Shown here: positions 53,468-62,485 of the stretch, in pieces | Layout of the letters: each line of letters begins with the position of its first letter | Numbering within the stretch: the first letter of the stretch is position 1 | From: an uncultured Christensenellaceae bacterium | Lineage (GTDB): Bacteria; Bacillota; Clostridia; Christensenellales; Aristaeellaceae | Assembly: GCA_905234985.1 (NCBI GenBank) | Contig: CAJOJQ010000032.1 | Coordinates: forward strand, 9,915 to 73,914 | Direction: 5' to 3' | DNA: 64,000 nt | The notes under the pieces: model-generated | What the model was told of the DNA's origin: nothing | The model's input: the letters and a program-made list of their open reading frames with translations, nothing else | Database searches by the model: none | Program-made: the position numbers and the translations under genes

Positions 53468-54157
53468 TTACAAGCCCGCCCCTTCAAAAGCTTCTTTCAG
53501 CACAGAACGCTCCACCAATAGCTTTGCCTTTTCATCCGCGCTTATTCTATGGGCGTCAAGTCCGCAGTGATCGTCGCTTTGGCGGCCGTCCCGTTCACAG
53601 CAGGAAAGGATAAAGCAATCGCCCAGGCGGGTCTTGCCCGTTTCAAAACCCGTGTTCCGCGTGATTTCAAACAGCAGCTTTGCCGCGATTTGTTCAGAAT
53701 TCTTGCTTTCATACGCGTCAAACGCTTCCCTGAACGCCTGTAAATCAGCGCCGTTTCCACCGGACGAAAAAAGCCTGATAAACAGCTTTCTGGCGTTCAG
53801 CAGCGCCTGCCTTTTATCCCGCAGAGGATCTCCCGGCGCAAATATCCACTGTTCCAGCAATTCAAAGGATAAAAGCGCGTATTCAAAGGAATGCAGACGG
53901 ATGGCGCGGACATTGCTCTTTCCCGCGATACAGGCGTTTAGGCGTTTTGTTTCTCTGAGTACGTCGGGATTATCCAGCGCCGCGTCCATGATCAGATAGT
54001 ATTCATTTCCGTCGGCTGTGATTTTTTCCGCGGCTTTTCTCAATCTTGTGTTGCTGCCCTTGGTTTCCACGGTAAAATCCGGGAAAAGAACGCCGAAAAC
54101 CGCGTGCCAGAACTGATAGCCCGATTTGCTGTCCTCACACCATAAGAACTTACGCAT
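53468..54157 (-). CDS. Hypothetical protein with Toprim-like N-terminal signature
   Basis: Start placed at the ATG at 54157 (MRKFLWCEDSKSGYQFW...YYLIMDAALDN...), which overlaps the purA stop as ATGCGTAA. The longer track ORF would overlap purA by about 125 nt. Confidence 0.5.
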   Translation of the reverse strand: MRKFLWCEDSKSGYQFWHAVFGVLFPDFTVETKGSNTRLRKAAEKITADGNEYYLIMDAALDNPDVLRETKRLNACIAGKSNVRAIRLHSFEYALLSFELLEQWIFAPGDPLRDKRQALLNARKLFIRLFSSGGNGADLQAFREAFDAYESKNSEQIAAKLLFEITRNTGFETGKTRLGDCFILSCCERDGRQSDDHCGLDAHRISADEKAKLLVERSVLKEAFEGAGL

Positions 54158-55433
54158 TTTTCCGATAAATGATCTCTTCCCGCTTGGGGCCGTTGGAGAG
54201 CATGGTGAGGGGACATTCGATTTCCTTTTCGATGAATTCCACGTACTGGCGGCATTTTTCAGGCAGGTCGGCATAATTGGTCAGGCCCCGGATATCCTGC
54301 TTCCAGCCGGGCAGCGTGACGTAGACGGGCTTGGCCTTATCCAGCAGGGGGGTAACGGGGAAATCCCGCACTTCTTTGCCGTCGATCTCGTAGGCCACGC
54401 ACACCTTGATTTCATCCAGGTAGCCCAGCACGTCCAAATTGGTCATCACGCAGTCCGTTGCCCCCTGCACCATGCAGCCGTAGCGGGTAGCCACCGCGTC
54501 GAACCAGCCCACGCGCCGGGGACGGCCCGTTTTCGCGCCGTACTCGCCCGCGTCGCCGCCGCGCTTGCGCAGCTCTTCCGCCTCGTCCCCGAACAGCTCG
54601 GTGGTGAAGGGGCCTGCGCCCACGCAGGAGGAATAGGCCTTGGTCACGGCAATCACCTGTTCAAAGGCGGTCACCGGCAGGCCCGCGCCCACCGCGCCGA
54701 AGCCTGCCAGGGGCGAGGAGGAGGTGGTGAAGGGAAAAATGCCGTGGTCCGGGTCCCGCAGGGTCCCCAGCTGGCCTTCCAGCAGGATGCGCTTGCCCTC
54801 CTTCACGGCCTTGTGCAGGTACTGGGCCACGTCGCCCACCATGGGTTCGATCTGCTTGGCCAAAGCGTAATACTTTTCGGTCAAAGCGTCCACGTCCAGC
54901 AGGGGCTTGTGGTACAGGCTTTCCAGCATGGCGTTTTTCAGCTTCGCCGCGTTGGTCAGCCGCTGGCGCAAAATCTCCTTGTCCAGCATCTGGCACACCT
55001 GCACGCCGATCTTCATGTACTTGTCCCCATAAAACGGCGCGATGCCGCTCTTGGTGCTGCCGAAGGAGGCCTTGCCAAGCCGTTCTTCCTCGTAGCAGTC
55101 GAAAGCCACGTGGTATTCCATCAGCACCTGCGCCCGGTCGGAGATCAGCAGCTTGGGCGCAGGCACGCCGCGATCCGTCAGCGTTTTGATTTCGCTGAGC
55201 AGCGCCTCGATGTCCAGCGCCACGCCGGGGCCGATCACGTTCAGCACGTGGCTGTGGCACGCCCCGGAGGGCAGCAGATGCAGGGCGAACTTGCCGTAGT
55301 TGTTGATGATGGTGTGGCCCGCGTTGGCCCCGCCCTGAAACCGGATCACGATGTCGCTGTTCTCCGCCAACATATCGGTGATTTTGCCTTTTCCTTCGTC
55401 GCCCCAATTGGCGCCCACGATTGCCCGTACCAT
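54150..55433 (-). CDS. purA: Adenylosuccinate synthase
   Basis: ...GANWGDEGKGKITD...GGANAGHT... hallmark motifs. Confidence 0.95.
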   Translation of the reverse strand: MVRAIVGANWGDEGKGKITDMLAENSDIVIRFQGGANAGHTIINNYGKFALHLLPSGACHSHVLNVIGPGVALDIEALLSEIKTLTDRGVPAPKLLISDRAQVLMEYHVAFDCYEEERLGKASFGSTKSGIAPFYGDKYMKIGVQVCQMLDKEILRQRLTNAAKLKNAMLESLYHKPLLDVDALTEKYYALAKQIEPMVGDVAQYLHKAVKEGKRILLEGQLGTLRDPDHGIFPFTTSSSPLAGFGAVGAGLPVTAFEQVIAVTKAYSSCVGAGPFTTELFGDEAEELRKRGGDAGEYGAKTGRPRRVGWFDAVATRYGCMVQGATDCVMTNLDVLGYLDEIKVCVAYEIDGKEVRDFPVTPLLDKAKPVYVTLPGWKQDIRGLTNYADLPEKCRQYVEFIEKEIECPLTMLSNGPKREEIIYRKNA

Positions 55434-55484
55434 AAACTCACCTCATAAAAGTATTTCCGGAGGATAAAGAATCTGCTATAAGGG

Positions 55485-55781
55485 TTATATTGCCATTTCG
55501 TCGTATGCGAAGCTGTCAGCATACATGGTTTCCGGGGCGATGTCGATTTCCCCGTCCATCCATGTGACCACGCCGTGGTCTACCTGAACCGCCCGGAACA
55601 CGTTCTCATCCCGCAGGGGCTGAAACGCTGGAAAGGAAAGCAGCGGGGTCACGTCGTACAGCCGCTTTTCGCCGGGAGAAAACGTAACAAGCAGCATCCC
55701 ATCCGCCAAAGGTTTTACGGCAAGCACCCTTTTGTCCGTACCTGCGGTTCCAGCGTATGCGATTCCGTTTAGAATGTACAT
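55485..55781 (-). CDS. DUF2442-like protein
   Basis: 98 aa. ...VKPLxDxxLLVTFSxGExRLYDV...IDIAPE... pattern. Confidence 0.75.
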   Translation of the reverse strand: MYILNGIAYAGTAGTDKRVLAVKPLADGMLLVTFSPGEKRLYDVTPLLSFPAFQPLRDENVFRAVQVDHGVVTWMDGEIDIAPETMYADSFAYDEMAI

Positions 55782-55793
55782 ACAGAAAACCTC

Positions 55794-56060
55794 CTATTCC
55801 AAGGGCTTGATTTTGTCAAAAGGTTCGTTCCGTACTGCTTTATTCCAGGCGGCATATGCTTCCTCCTCGTGCATTGCCAGCCACCCGATCACCATTTTTA
55901 ACTGCCTGACGGGCAGGGAACCCGCCAACAGCTCTCCATCAATTCCGACGGATGCTTCATATTCCCCATAGTAGACATGCACATGGGGCTTATGATGCTG
56001 TTTGGTATCGTCGAACAGCATTTTGATGATGATTCCAGCGAATCGGCTCAGTTCCGGCAT
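55794..56060 (-). CDS. DUF4160-like protein
   Basis: GGAGGAAAAAA-ATG. MPELSRFxGIIIxMxxxDxxxHHxPHVHVxYGEYEA... Confidence 0.75.
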   Translation of the reverse strand: MPELSRFAGIIIKMLFDDTKQHHKPHVHVYYGEYEASVGIDGELLAGSLPVRQLKMVIGWLAMHEEEAYAAWNKAVRNEPFDKIKPLE

Positions 56061-56095
56061 TTTTTTCCTCCACAATTATTCAGTAGGGGCAATCT

Positions 56096-57304
56096 TTACA
56101 GCACATCCACGATTCTACGAACGGCTTCCCTCGTCTTTTCCAGCGTATTGAACGCGGTCAACCGGAAGTACCCCGCGCCGCTGGGGCCGAAGCCCTCGCC
56201 GGGGGTGCCCACCACGTGGGCTTTATCCAGCAGCAGGTCGAAGAAATCCCAGCCGGAGAGGCTGCCGGGGGTTTTGAGCCAGATATAGGGGGCGTGTTCT
56301 CCGCCGAACACCCGCATGCCCGCGCTGGCGAGGCCCTCCCGGATCACCTTGGCGTTTTCCCGGTAGTAGGCGATGTTTTCCATGATCTGCTTTTGGCCCG
56401 CCTCGGTGTACACGGCGGCGGCGGCCTTCTGGGTCACGTAGGACACGCCGTTGAACTTGGTGGCCTGGCGGCGGCCCCAGATGCGGTTCAGGGAAACGCC
56501 GTCGAACACCAATTCCTTGGGCACCACGGTGTAGGCGCAGCGGGTGCCGGTAAAGCCCGCCGTCTTGGAGAAGGAGCAGCACTCCACGGCGCACTGCTTC
56601 GCGCCGGGAATTTCATAAATGCTCCGGGGAACGTCGGGGCCGCTGATAAACGCCTTGTAGGCCGCGTCGTACACGATCAGGGCGTTGTGGGCCTGCGCCC
56701 AGTCCACGAAGACCTTTAACTGCTCCTTGGTCAGCACCGTGCCGGTGGGGTTGTTGGGGTAGCACAGATAAACAACGTCAATATCATCCTCGGGCAGCGG
56801 GGGCACGAAGCTGTTTTCCGCCGTGCAGGGCAGATAATTGAGGTTCGTCCACTGGCCGTTTTCATAAGCGCCTAAGCGGCCCGCCATGGCGTTGGAATCC
56901 ACGTAAACGGGATAGACCGGGTCGGTCACGGCGATTTTGGCGTCCGGGCCGAACAGCTCCTGCAAATTGCCCACGTCGGACTTGGCGCCATCAGAGACAA
57001 AAACTTCATCCCGGCCCATTTCGATGCCCCGGCTGGCATAATCCCCGGCGATGATGGCGTCGATGAGCCAGTCGTAGCCGAAATCCGGGCCGTAGCCGTG
57101 GAAGCCGGACAGGGTGCCCATTTCATCGGCGGCGACTTTCATGGCGTCCACCACGGCGGGCACAAGGGGCAGGGTCACGTCGCCGATACCCAGGCGCAAA
57201 ATGTCGGCGTCGGGATGGGCAGCGGAATATTCCTTCACGCGCTTGGCGATCTCGGCAAATAAGTATCCGGCGGGCAGCGCGGCAAGGTTCTGGTTGATTT
57301 TCAT
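56096..57304 (-). CDS. dapL: LL-diaminopimelate aminotransferase
   Basis: [23 protein letters not shown]... and the ...[15 protein letters not shown]... PLP-lysine motif. Confidence 0.88.
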   Translation of the reverse strand: MKINQNLAALPAGYLFAEIAKRVKEYSAAHPDADILRLGIGDVTLPLVPAVVDAMKVAADEMGTLSGFHGYGPDFGYDWLIDAIIAGDYASRGIEMGRDEVFVSDGAKSDVGNLQELFGPDAKIAVTDPVYPVYVDSNAMAGRLGAYENGQWTNLNYLPCTAENSFVPPLPEDDIDVVYLCYPNNPTGTVLTKEQLKVFVDWAQAHNALIVYDAAYKAFISGPDVPRSIYEIPGAKQCAVECCSFSKTAGFTGTRCAYTVVPKELVFDGVSLNRIWGRRQATKFNGVSYVTQKAAAAVYTEAGQKQIMENIAYYRENAKVIREGLASAGMRVFGGEHAPYIWLKTPGSLSGWDFFDLLLDKAHVVGTPGEGFGPSGAGYFRLTAFNTLEKTREAVRRIVDVL

Positions 57305-57455
57305 GGGACAGCCTCCCTTAATTTTTTGGAAAGCCGAAACCCATGGTTTTCGATTTCGGTCAGACCTTATTTAGTATATCTCACAATTCGCTGAAAAGAA
57401 ACCACCGGACGGTTCTTTTTTGGTATTGCTTTTACCATCAAAACGGCCAAATCTA

Positions 57456-58487
57456 TCAGCAGAATATTTCTTTAAAGATATTTGCCAAACTGTTTGCTAA
57501 CTTATCGACGGCACGATCCACCCGAAGGAGTATAAACAATCGCAAACGAATGACATCAATCAATAAGCATACCAGAAAAATTCCCAGTGAGCAACCTAAA
57601 ACCAAGGGAATCAAAATCCATGGGCTTGAGGATGCAATCCAGGCAAAGGAGCCGCAAAAATAATAGTCCCAAATTACAAAATGTAAATGAATCAAATATA
57701 CGCCAAATGCGGAAGGAGCAAAAAAACGAATCAACTTTTGACATTTTTCATTGAAAGATAATGTGCAAAAAAAACAAATACAGCACACTGAAGCCAGTAA
57801 CATGGTAGGGCTAATATTATTTATAAGCTTTTCGGGAATAACTGGTGAAAATATTTTCCAAAGCCAAGTAAGTATAATACATCCAAAGAAAATGAGAATC
57901 CACATAACAGGTTTCATTTTATTATAAATCTTGTTGATCTTTATCCAAGCGCCAATTACATACAGGAAGACCAGCCATGCGAAGCTTTTACCACCATTCA
58001 TCTCGAAAGTGTCTTTAATTGTCCCGAACACAGCAAGAAGGAATAGAGTGATTGCCAACATAGTACATTCTTTTTTTGATAAGTTGCGCAGTAGTTTATT
58101 CAGCCAGGGGATAACAAAAAACAAGCCTGTATAAGCACGAAAATACCAATAATACCCCGTTAAAACAGGAAAACCAGATTTGAGCAATGTTTTTAACGAT
58201 ACCGGTTCTTGTGACGGCAATCTAAATAAATAAAAAATGAAAGTAATTCCGAAATTGTAAATAAATACCTGTAGCCAAAATAAAATATATTTTCGGTAAC
58301 GATAGCGCCTTTCCTGCTCCGTATAGCCGACAAATCCACTAATGAGGCCAAAGCAATTAACAGCGCAATAAGCACCAATTTCTTGCAGCCATGCCAATGA
58401 ATAATTTAAATCCTTTGCATTATTTAATACTCCGCCTTGCCCCAATACATGTAAAATCAAGATCAGGAACATGGAGTATAAACGCAA
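57456..58487 (-). CDS. Acyltransferase family 3 (O-acyltransferase), N-terminus interrupted by (GACA)9; coordinates are the track ORF (TTG start)
   Basis: 10-TM acyltransferase_3-like protein. The frame continues upstream through NSGIDLL and the repeat to a TAG at 58544..58542. AT-rich relative to its neighbours by eye. Confidence 0.7.
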   Translation of the reverse strand: MRLYSMFLILILHVLGQGGVLNNAKDLNYSLAWLQEIGAYCAVNCFGLISGFVGYTEQERRYRYRKYILFWLQVFIYNFGITFIFYLFRLPSQEPVSLKTLLKSGFPVLTGYYWYFRAYTGLFFVIPWLNKLLRNLSKKECTMLAITLFLLAVFGTIKDTFEMNGGKSFAWLVFLYVIGAWIKINKIYNKMKPVMWILIFFGCIILTWLWKIFSPVIPEKLINNISPTMLLASVCCICFFCTLSFNEKCQKLIRFFAPSAFGVYLIHLHFVIWDYYFCGSFAWIASSSPWILIPLVLGCSLGIFLVCLLIDVIRLRLFILLRVDRAVDKLANSLANIFKEIFC

Positions 58488-58506
58488 TAAATCAATGCCG
58501 GAATTA

Positions 58507-58544
<38 letters not shown>

Positions 58545-58572
58545 ATTATATCACGAATCATTGCTTAGTCAA
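58545..58572 (-). promoter_or_regulatory. Consensus promoter directly abutting the (GACA)9 tract
   Basis: Minus strand TTGACT-16 nt-TATAAT. The -10 ends 2 nt before the first GACA. Confidence 0.55.
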
Positions 58573-58661
58573 TTCCTTTTGTAAAATTTTAATAAAATCA
58601 TTTGAAAAAATGAATACATTTTATTCGATATTTTTGCGTATTTTAACAGGAAAACAGGATA

Positions 58662-58719
58662 CGCTTATGGCTTTTTTGGAAGGAGTTCTGGGGGGAAACC
58701 ATTTCAATCAGTCCCCCAG
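58662..58719. repeat. Variant copy of the GGGGGAAACC REP-like element overlapping the dapF stop
   Basis: ATGGCTTTTTTGGAAGGAGTTCTGGGGGGAAACCATTT matches the flank plus left arm. The right side is replaced by CAATCAGTCCCCCAG. Confidence 0.5.
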
Positions 58720-59544
58720 CCATTCCCCATCATAAACAAACGCCGCGGGGCCGGTCTGGTACACGTGGTTATCCTCGGCGCTCCATTGCAATTGCAGGTT
58801 GCCGCCGGAGAGCTTCATTTGCACCGTGCGGTTGGAAAGGCCCCCCAGCACGGCGGCCACCAGGGACGCGCACGCGCCGGTGCCGCAGGCCAGGGTTTCG
58901 CCCGCGCCGCGCTCCCACACGCGCATTTGCAGGATGTTGCGGTCGATGACCCGCACGAATTCCACGTTGGTGCGACGGGGGAACAGAGGATGATGCTCGA
59001 TCATGGGGCCGATGGTGGGCAGGTCGATGACTTCCGGGTCGCGGACGAAGACCACGGAATGGGGGTTGCCCATGTTGACGCAGGTGATGAACCAGGTCTG
59101 GCCCAAAATTTGCAGCCGATGGCGCAACACCAGTTCCCCGGGCAAATCCACGGGGATCAGGCGGGGGTTCAGCTCCGGCGTGCCCATATCGGCTTTGACG
59201 CGGGCCACCTTGCCGTTTTCCACGGTCAGCCACAGCTGCTTCACGCCGCCCTTGGTTTCAATGGTCAGCTCGGTTTTGTCGGTCATGCCCCGATCGTACA
59301 CGTACTTGCCGATGCAGCGCAGGGCGTTGCCGCACATTTCGGCCTCGCTGCCGTCGGCGTTGAAGATGCGCATGGCGAAATCCGCCCCGTCCGCCGGTTC
59401 GATCAGCACTATGCCGTCCGCCCCCGCGCCGAAATGGGGTTTGGACATGACGATGGCCATCCGCTCCGGGTTTTCGATCACTTCCTCAAAACAGTTGACG
59501 AACAGATAATCGTTGCCGATGCCGTGCATTTTCGTGAATTTCAT
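58708..59544 (-). CDS. dapF: Diaminopimelate epimerase
   Basis: ATG at 59544 behind GGGGGG. MKFTKMHGxGNDY...CGNALRC...ACGTGA catalytic Cys motifs. Confidence 0.93.
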   Translation of the reverse strand: MKFTKMHGIGNDYLFVNCFEEVIENPERMAIVMSKPHFGAGADGIVLIEPADGADFAMRIFNADGSEAEMCGNALRCIGKYVYDRGMTDKTELTIETKGGVKQLWLTVENGKVARVKADMGTPELNPRLIPVDLPGELVLRHRLQILGQTWFITCVNMGNPHSVVFVRDPEVIDLPTIGPMIEHHPLFPRRTNVEFVRVIDRNILQMRVWERGAGETLACGTGACASLVAAVLGGLSNRTVQMKLSGGNLQLQWSAEDNHVYQTGPAAFVYDGEWLGD

Positions 59545-59566
59545 GTCACGAACCCCCCTTTTAAGC

Positions 59567-59655
59567 AGAGTGGAGAGTTGAGAGTGGAGAGTTGAGATTA
59601 ATAGCGGAATATCAGACAAAATCAATCTCAACTCTCAACTCTCAACTCTCAACTC
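59567..59655. repeat. Heptad-armed hairpin element, GAGTTGA family (copy H7, short loop)
   Basis: AGAGTGGAGAGTTGAGAGTGGAGAGTTGAGAT / ATCTCAACTCTCAACTCTCAACTCTCAACTC with a 26-nt loop. Confidence 0.85.
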
Positions 59656-59690
59656 CCATGATATTCTGTATGCTGTGCAGGACTTTTAGG

Positions 59691-61403
59691 TTACATGCGT
59701 TCCGGCGCGTCCAGCCCGATCAGGTACAGGCCGGTCTTGATGGTCTGGCGGCAGGCGTCGGTCAATTGCAGGCGCGCGGCCGTGGCGGCGGGATCGTCGT
59801 CTAAGATGCGATGCTCGTAGTAATATTTGTTGTACGCCTTGGCGATTTCCGTGGTGGCGCGGGTGACGATGGAGGGTTCGTTGCGCAGGCACGCTTCCGC
59901 CACCGCCTCCGGGAACCGGGAAAGCAGCCGCAGCAGCGCCTGGGCCTCGTCGTCGGTCAGCGCCGCGTAATCGGGGGCCGCCGTGGTTTCCGGGGCTTTG
60001 CGCAGCACGGAGCAGCACCGGGCGAAGGTGTACTGCACATAGGGACCCGTTTCGCCGTCGAAGTTCAGGGCGCGATCCCACCAGAAGTCGATGTCCTTGA
60101 TGCGGTTGTTTTGCAGGGTCGCGTACACCACCGCGCCCACGCCCACCTGCCGGGCCACTTCTTCCTTGTTTTCCAGGCCGGGGGACTTTTCGTTGATGAT
60201 GTCCAAAGCCCGCTCTTGGGCGCGGGTGAGCAATTCGTCCAGCAGGATCATCACGCCCTTGCGGGTGGAAAGCGCCTGCCCCTCGTAGCTGACCATGCCG
60301 AAAGCCACGTGCTTGCACTGGTCCTTGGCCCAATCGTAGCCCATCAGCTCCAGCACCTTGAAAAGCTGCTTGAAATGCAGATCCTGCTGGTACGCCACCA
60401 CATACAGGCACTGGTCGAAATGATAGGTGTCCTTGCGATACAGGGCGGCCGCCAGGTCCCGGGTGTGGTACAGGGTAGCCCCGTCGGATTTCAGGATCAG
60501 GCAGGGCGGCATGCCGTATTCTTCCAGATCCACGATCTTGGCCCCGTCGGAATCCCTGAGCAGGCCCTTTTCCTCCAGCTCCCGCACCACGCGGCCCGTC
60601 TTGTCCGCGTAAAAGCTTTCCCCGGCATAGCTGTCAAAATGCACGCCCAGGATATCGTACACCCGCAGGGCGTCCTTGAGGGTGACCTCCTTGAACCAGC
60701 GGAAAATCTCCATGGCCTCGGGATCGCCCTGTTCAATTTTTTTGAACCAAGCCCGCCCCTCGTCCTCCAGCTCGGGATGCTGCTCGGCCTCCTTGCCGAA
60801 GAGGACGTAGAGCCGGGTCATTTCGTCCACGCCGCCCGCCTCCACCGCGGCCTTGTCGCCCCAATGCTTGTAGGCGGCGATCATTTTGCCGAACTGGGTG
60901 CCCCAGTCCCCCAAATGGTTGATGGACACGGTCTGCCAGCCCTGGAAATCGTAGATGCGCTTCAGGGAATTGCCGATCACCGTGGTGGACAGGTGGCCAA
61001 TATGAAACCGCTTGGCGATATTGATGCTGGAATAATCCAGGCACACCGTTTTGCCTTCGCCGTCCCGGCTTGCGCCCCACTTTTCCGGCGCGGCCATGAT
61101 GGCGGAAAGCAGCTCCCGGGCGAAGTTTTCCCGGTTGAAAAAGAAATTCAGATAGCCGCCCACGCATTCCACCCGGGCGATTTCCGGCTTGTCCGCCGCC
61201 GCCGCCAATCTTTGGGCGATCATGGGCGGGCCCATGCGCAGGGCCTTGCTCAATTTAAAGCAGGGAAAGGCGTAATCCCCCATGCTCTTTTCCGGGGGCA
61301 CCTCCAAAAGCGCCGCTAAATCCTCCGGCAGCCCCTGGGCCTCCGGAAACGCCGCATGCAGCATTTCGCCCGCCAAATCGCCGATGCGCTGTCTCATATC
61401 CAT
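59691..61403 (-). CDS. argS: Arginine--tRNA ligase
   Basis: ATG at 61403 behind GGGAGGA. HIGH-type ...FHIGHL... and the C-terminal anticodon-binding domain. Confidence 0.95.
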   Translation of the reverse strand: MDMRQRIGDLAGEMLHAAFPEAQGLPEDLAALLEVPPEKSMGDYAFPCFKLSKALRMGPPMIAQRLAAAADKPEIARVECVGGYLNFFFNRENFARELLSAIMAAPEKWGASRDGEGKTVCLDYSSINIAKRFHIGHLSTTVIGNSLKRIYDFQGWQTVSINHLGDWGTQFGKMIAAYKHWGDKAAVEAGGVDEMTRLYVLFGKEAEQHPELEDEGRAWFKKIEQGDPEAMEIFRWFKEVTLKDALRVYDILGVHFDSYAGESFYADKTGRVVRELEEKGLLRDSDGAKIVDLEEYGMPPCLILKSDGATLYHTRDLAAALYRKDTYHFDQCLYVVAYQQDLHFKQLFKVLELMGYDWAKDQCKHVAFGMVSYEGQALSTRKGVMILLDELLTRAQERALDIINEKSPGLENKEEVARQVGVGAVVYATLQNNRIKDIDFWWDRALNFDGETGPYVQYTFARCCSVLRKAPETTAAPDYAALTDDEAQALLRLLSRFPEAVAEACLRNEPSIVTRATTEIAKAYNKYYYEHRILDDDPAATAARLQLTDACRQTIKTGLYLIGLDAPERM

Positions 61404-61689
61404 AAAAACCAATTCCTCCCAGAATCCATAATGGAAAATACGCTTTCATGATACCATATTGTGCCCCGTTTCGCAACAGCGCAAACGGCGGAAATTGCGG
61501 AAAATGCACGGTTTTGCAATGTTTCCAATTCCTCATACGCGATTGTCGTCTTATTTTCTTTTTCGTACACAGAGCGAAAATAAATCCGCTTGACAAAAAA
61601 ATATTGGCCCCGTATGGCTTTGCGACCTCTTCCCGACCATTTTGCCGTCAAACTCCCGGCCAATTCCGTGCCAATTCTTCCTTCAACAC

Positions 61690-61718
61690 TTGCCAATTTG
61701 GGGCAGTTGTAGTATAAT
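61690..61718 (+). promoter_or_regulatory. Promoter of 61846..62394
   Basis: TTGCCA-17 nt-TATAAT. Confidence 0.55.
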
Positions 61719-61845
61719 ATGGAATGGATGATTGTCTTGCGTTTTCGGACTGTCTGCACCCAGTTTCATCAAATGCCCGGCGGTCGCCCGATGCGCCCGG
61801 ATCTGACCGTTTATCTGCCGACCGATTCAGGAAAGGAGGAACAAG

Positions 61846-62394
61846 ATGAAAAGCCGCATAGCGTCTTTGCTTTTTCTCTCGGCAATCATATTGCTCCTCT
61901 GCCTTGGAACGGCGGCGGGAGAGGAAGGGCCGGTCTTTATTCTTCCCGCAGGGCTGCAGGAAATCGAGGAAGGCGCGTTTTCGGGAACGGCGGTTCAGAA
62001 CGTCGTTCTGCCCGACGGCCTGCAAAGCGTTGGAGACAATGCCTTTGAAAACGCCGAAGAACTAAAGGACGTATACGTTCCCTCCTCCGTGGAGACGCTG
62101 TCGGATTCGGCCTTCCCCGAGAACGAGAAGCTGGTGATCCACGGCACGGAGGGGAGCGCCGCCCAGAAATGGGCGGAAAAGCACCGCGTCGCCTTTGCGC
62201 CGAGGAACGCCTGGCGGACAACGGCCCAGGACGAAAAACAAAAAGATCCTCCCGATACAGGGATCGGCTTCCTCCGGAAGGGAGACGGCCTTCCAGGGCC
62301 AGAGAACAGGTTCTCCCGGGCGAGGGCCGACGGAAAGAGTATGCGCCCCCAGGATCGGGCGGAGCTGAACCCCATTGATTACAAGTTCCCGTGA
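61846..62394 (+). CDS. Secreted BspA-type leucine-rich-repeat protein
   Basis: Signal peptide. LPAGLQEIEEGAFSG..., LPDGLQSVGDNAFEN... LRR_5-like units. Confidence 0.68.
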   Translation: MKSRIASLLFLSAIILLLCLGTAAGEEGPVFILPAGLQEIEEGAFSGTAVQNVVLPDGLQSVGDNAFENAEELKDVYVPSSVETLSDSAFPENEKLVIHGTEGSAAQKWAEKHRVAFAPRNAWRTTAQDEKQKDPPDTGIGFLRKGDGLPGPENRFSRARADGKSMRPQDRAELNPIDYKFP

Positions 62395-62485
62395 CCTCCT
62401 GCATGTGAGAAACCCGCTCGTGCGCGGGGAGCCGCGTACCGGCTCAATCCAAACCGCGCATCCATTGCATGATAAGGAGATTTCA

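Noticed and set aside
54158-54274. Longer version of the first cassette gene (track start 54274).
   Set aside because: It would overlap purA by about 125 nt in another frame. The ATG at 54157, overlapping the purA stop, gives a compact coupled arrangement.
61404-61760. T-box leader upstream of argS.
   Set aside because: No GGUGGUACCGCG-type T-box sequence or specifier-loop architecture is present. A plausible promoter (TTGCGA-17-TATCAT) lies only about 40 nt from the start codon.
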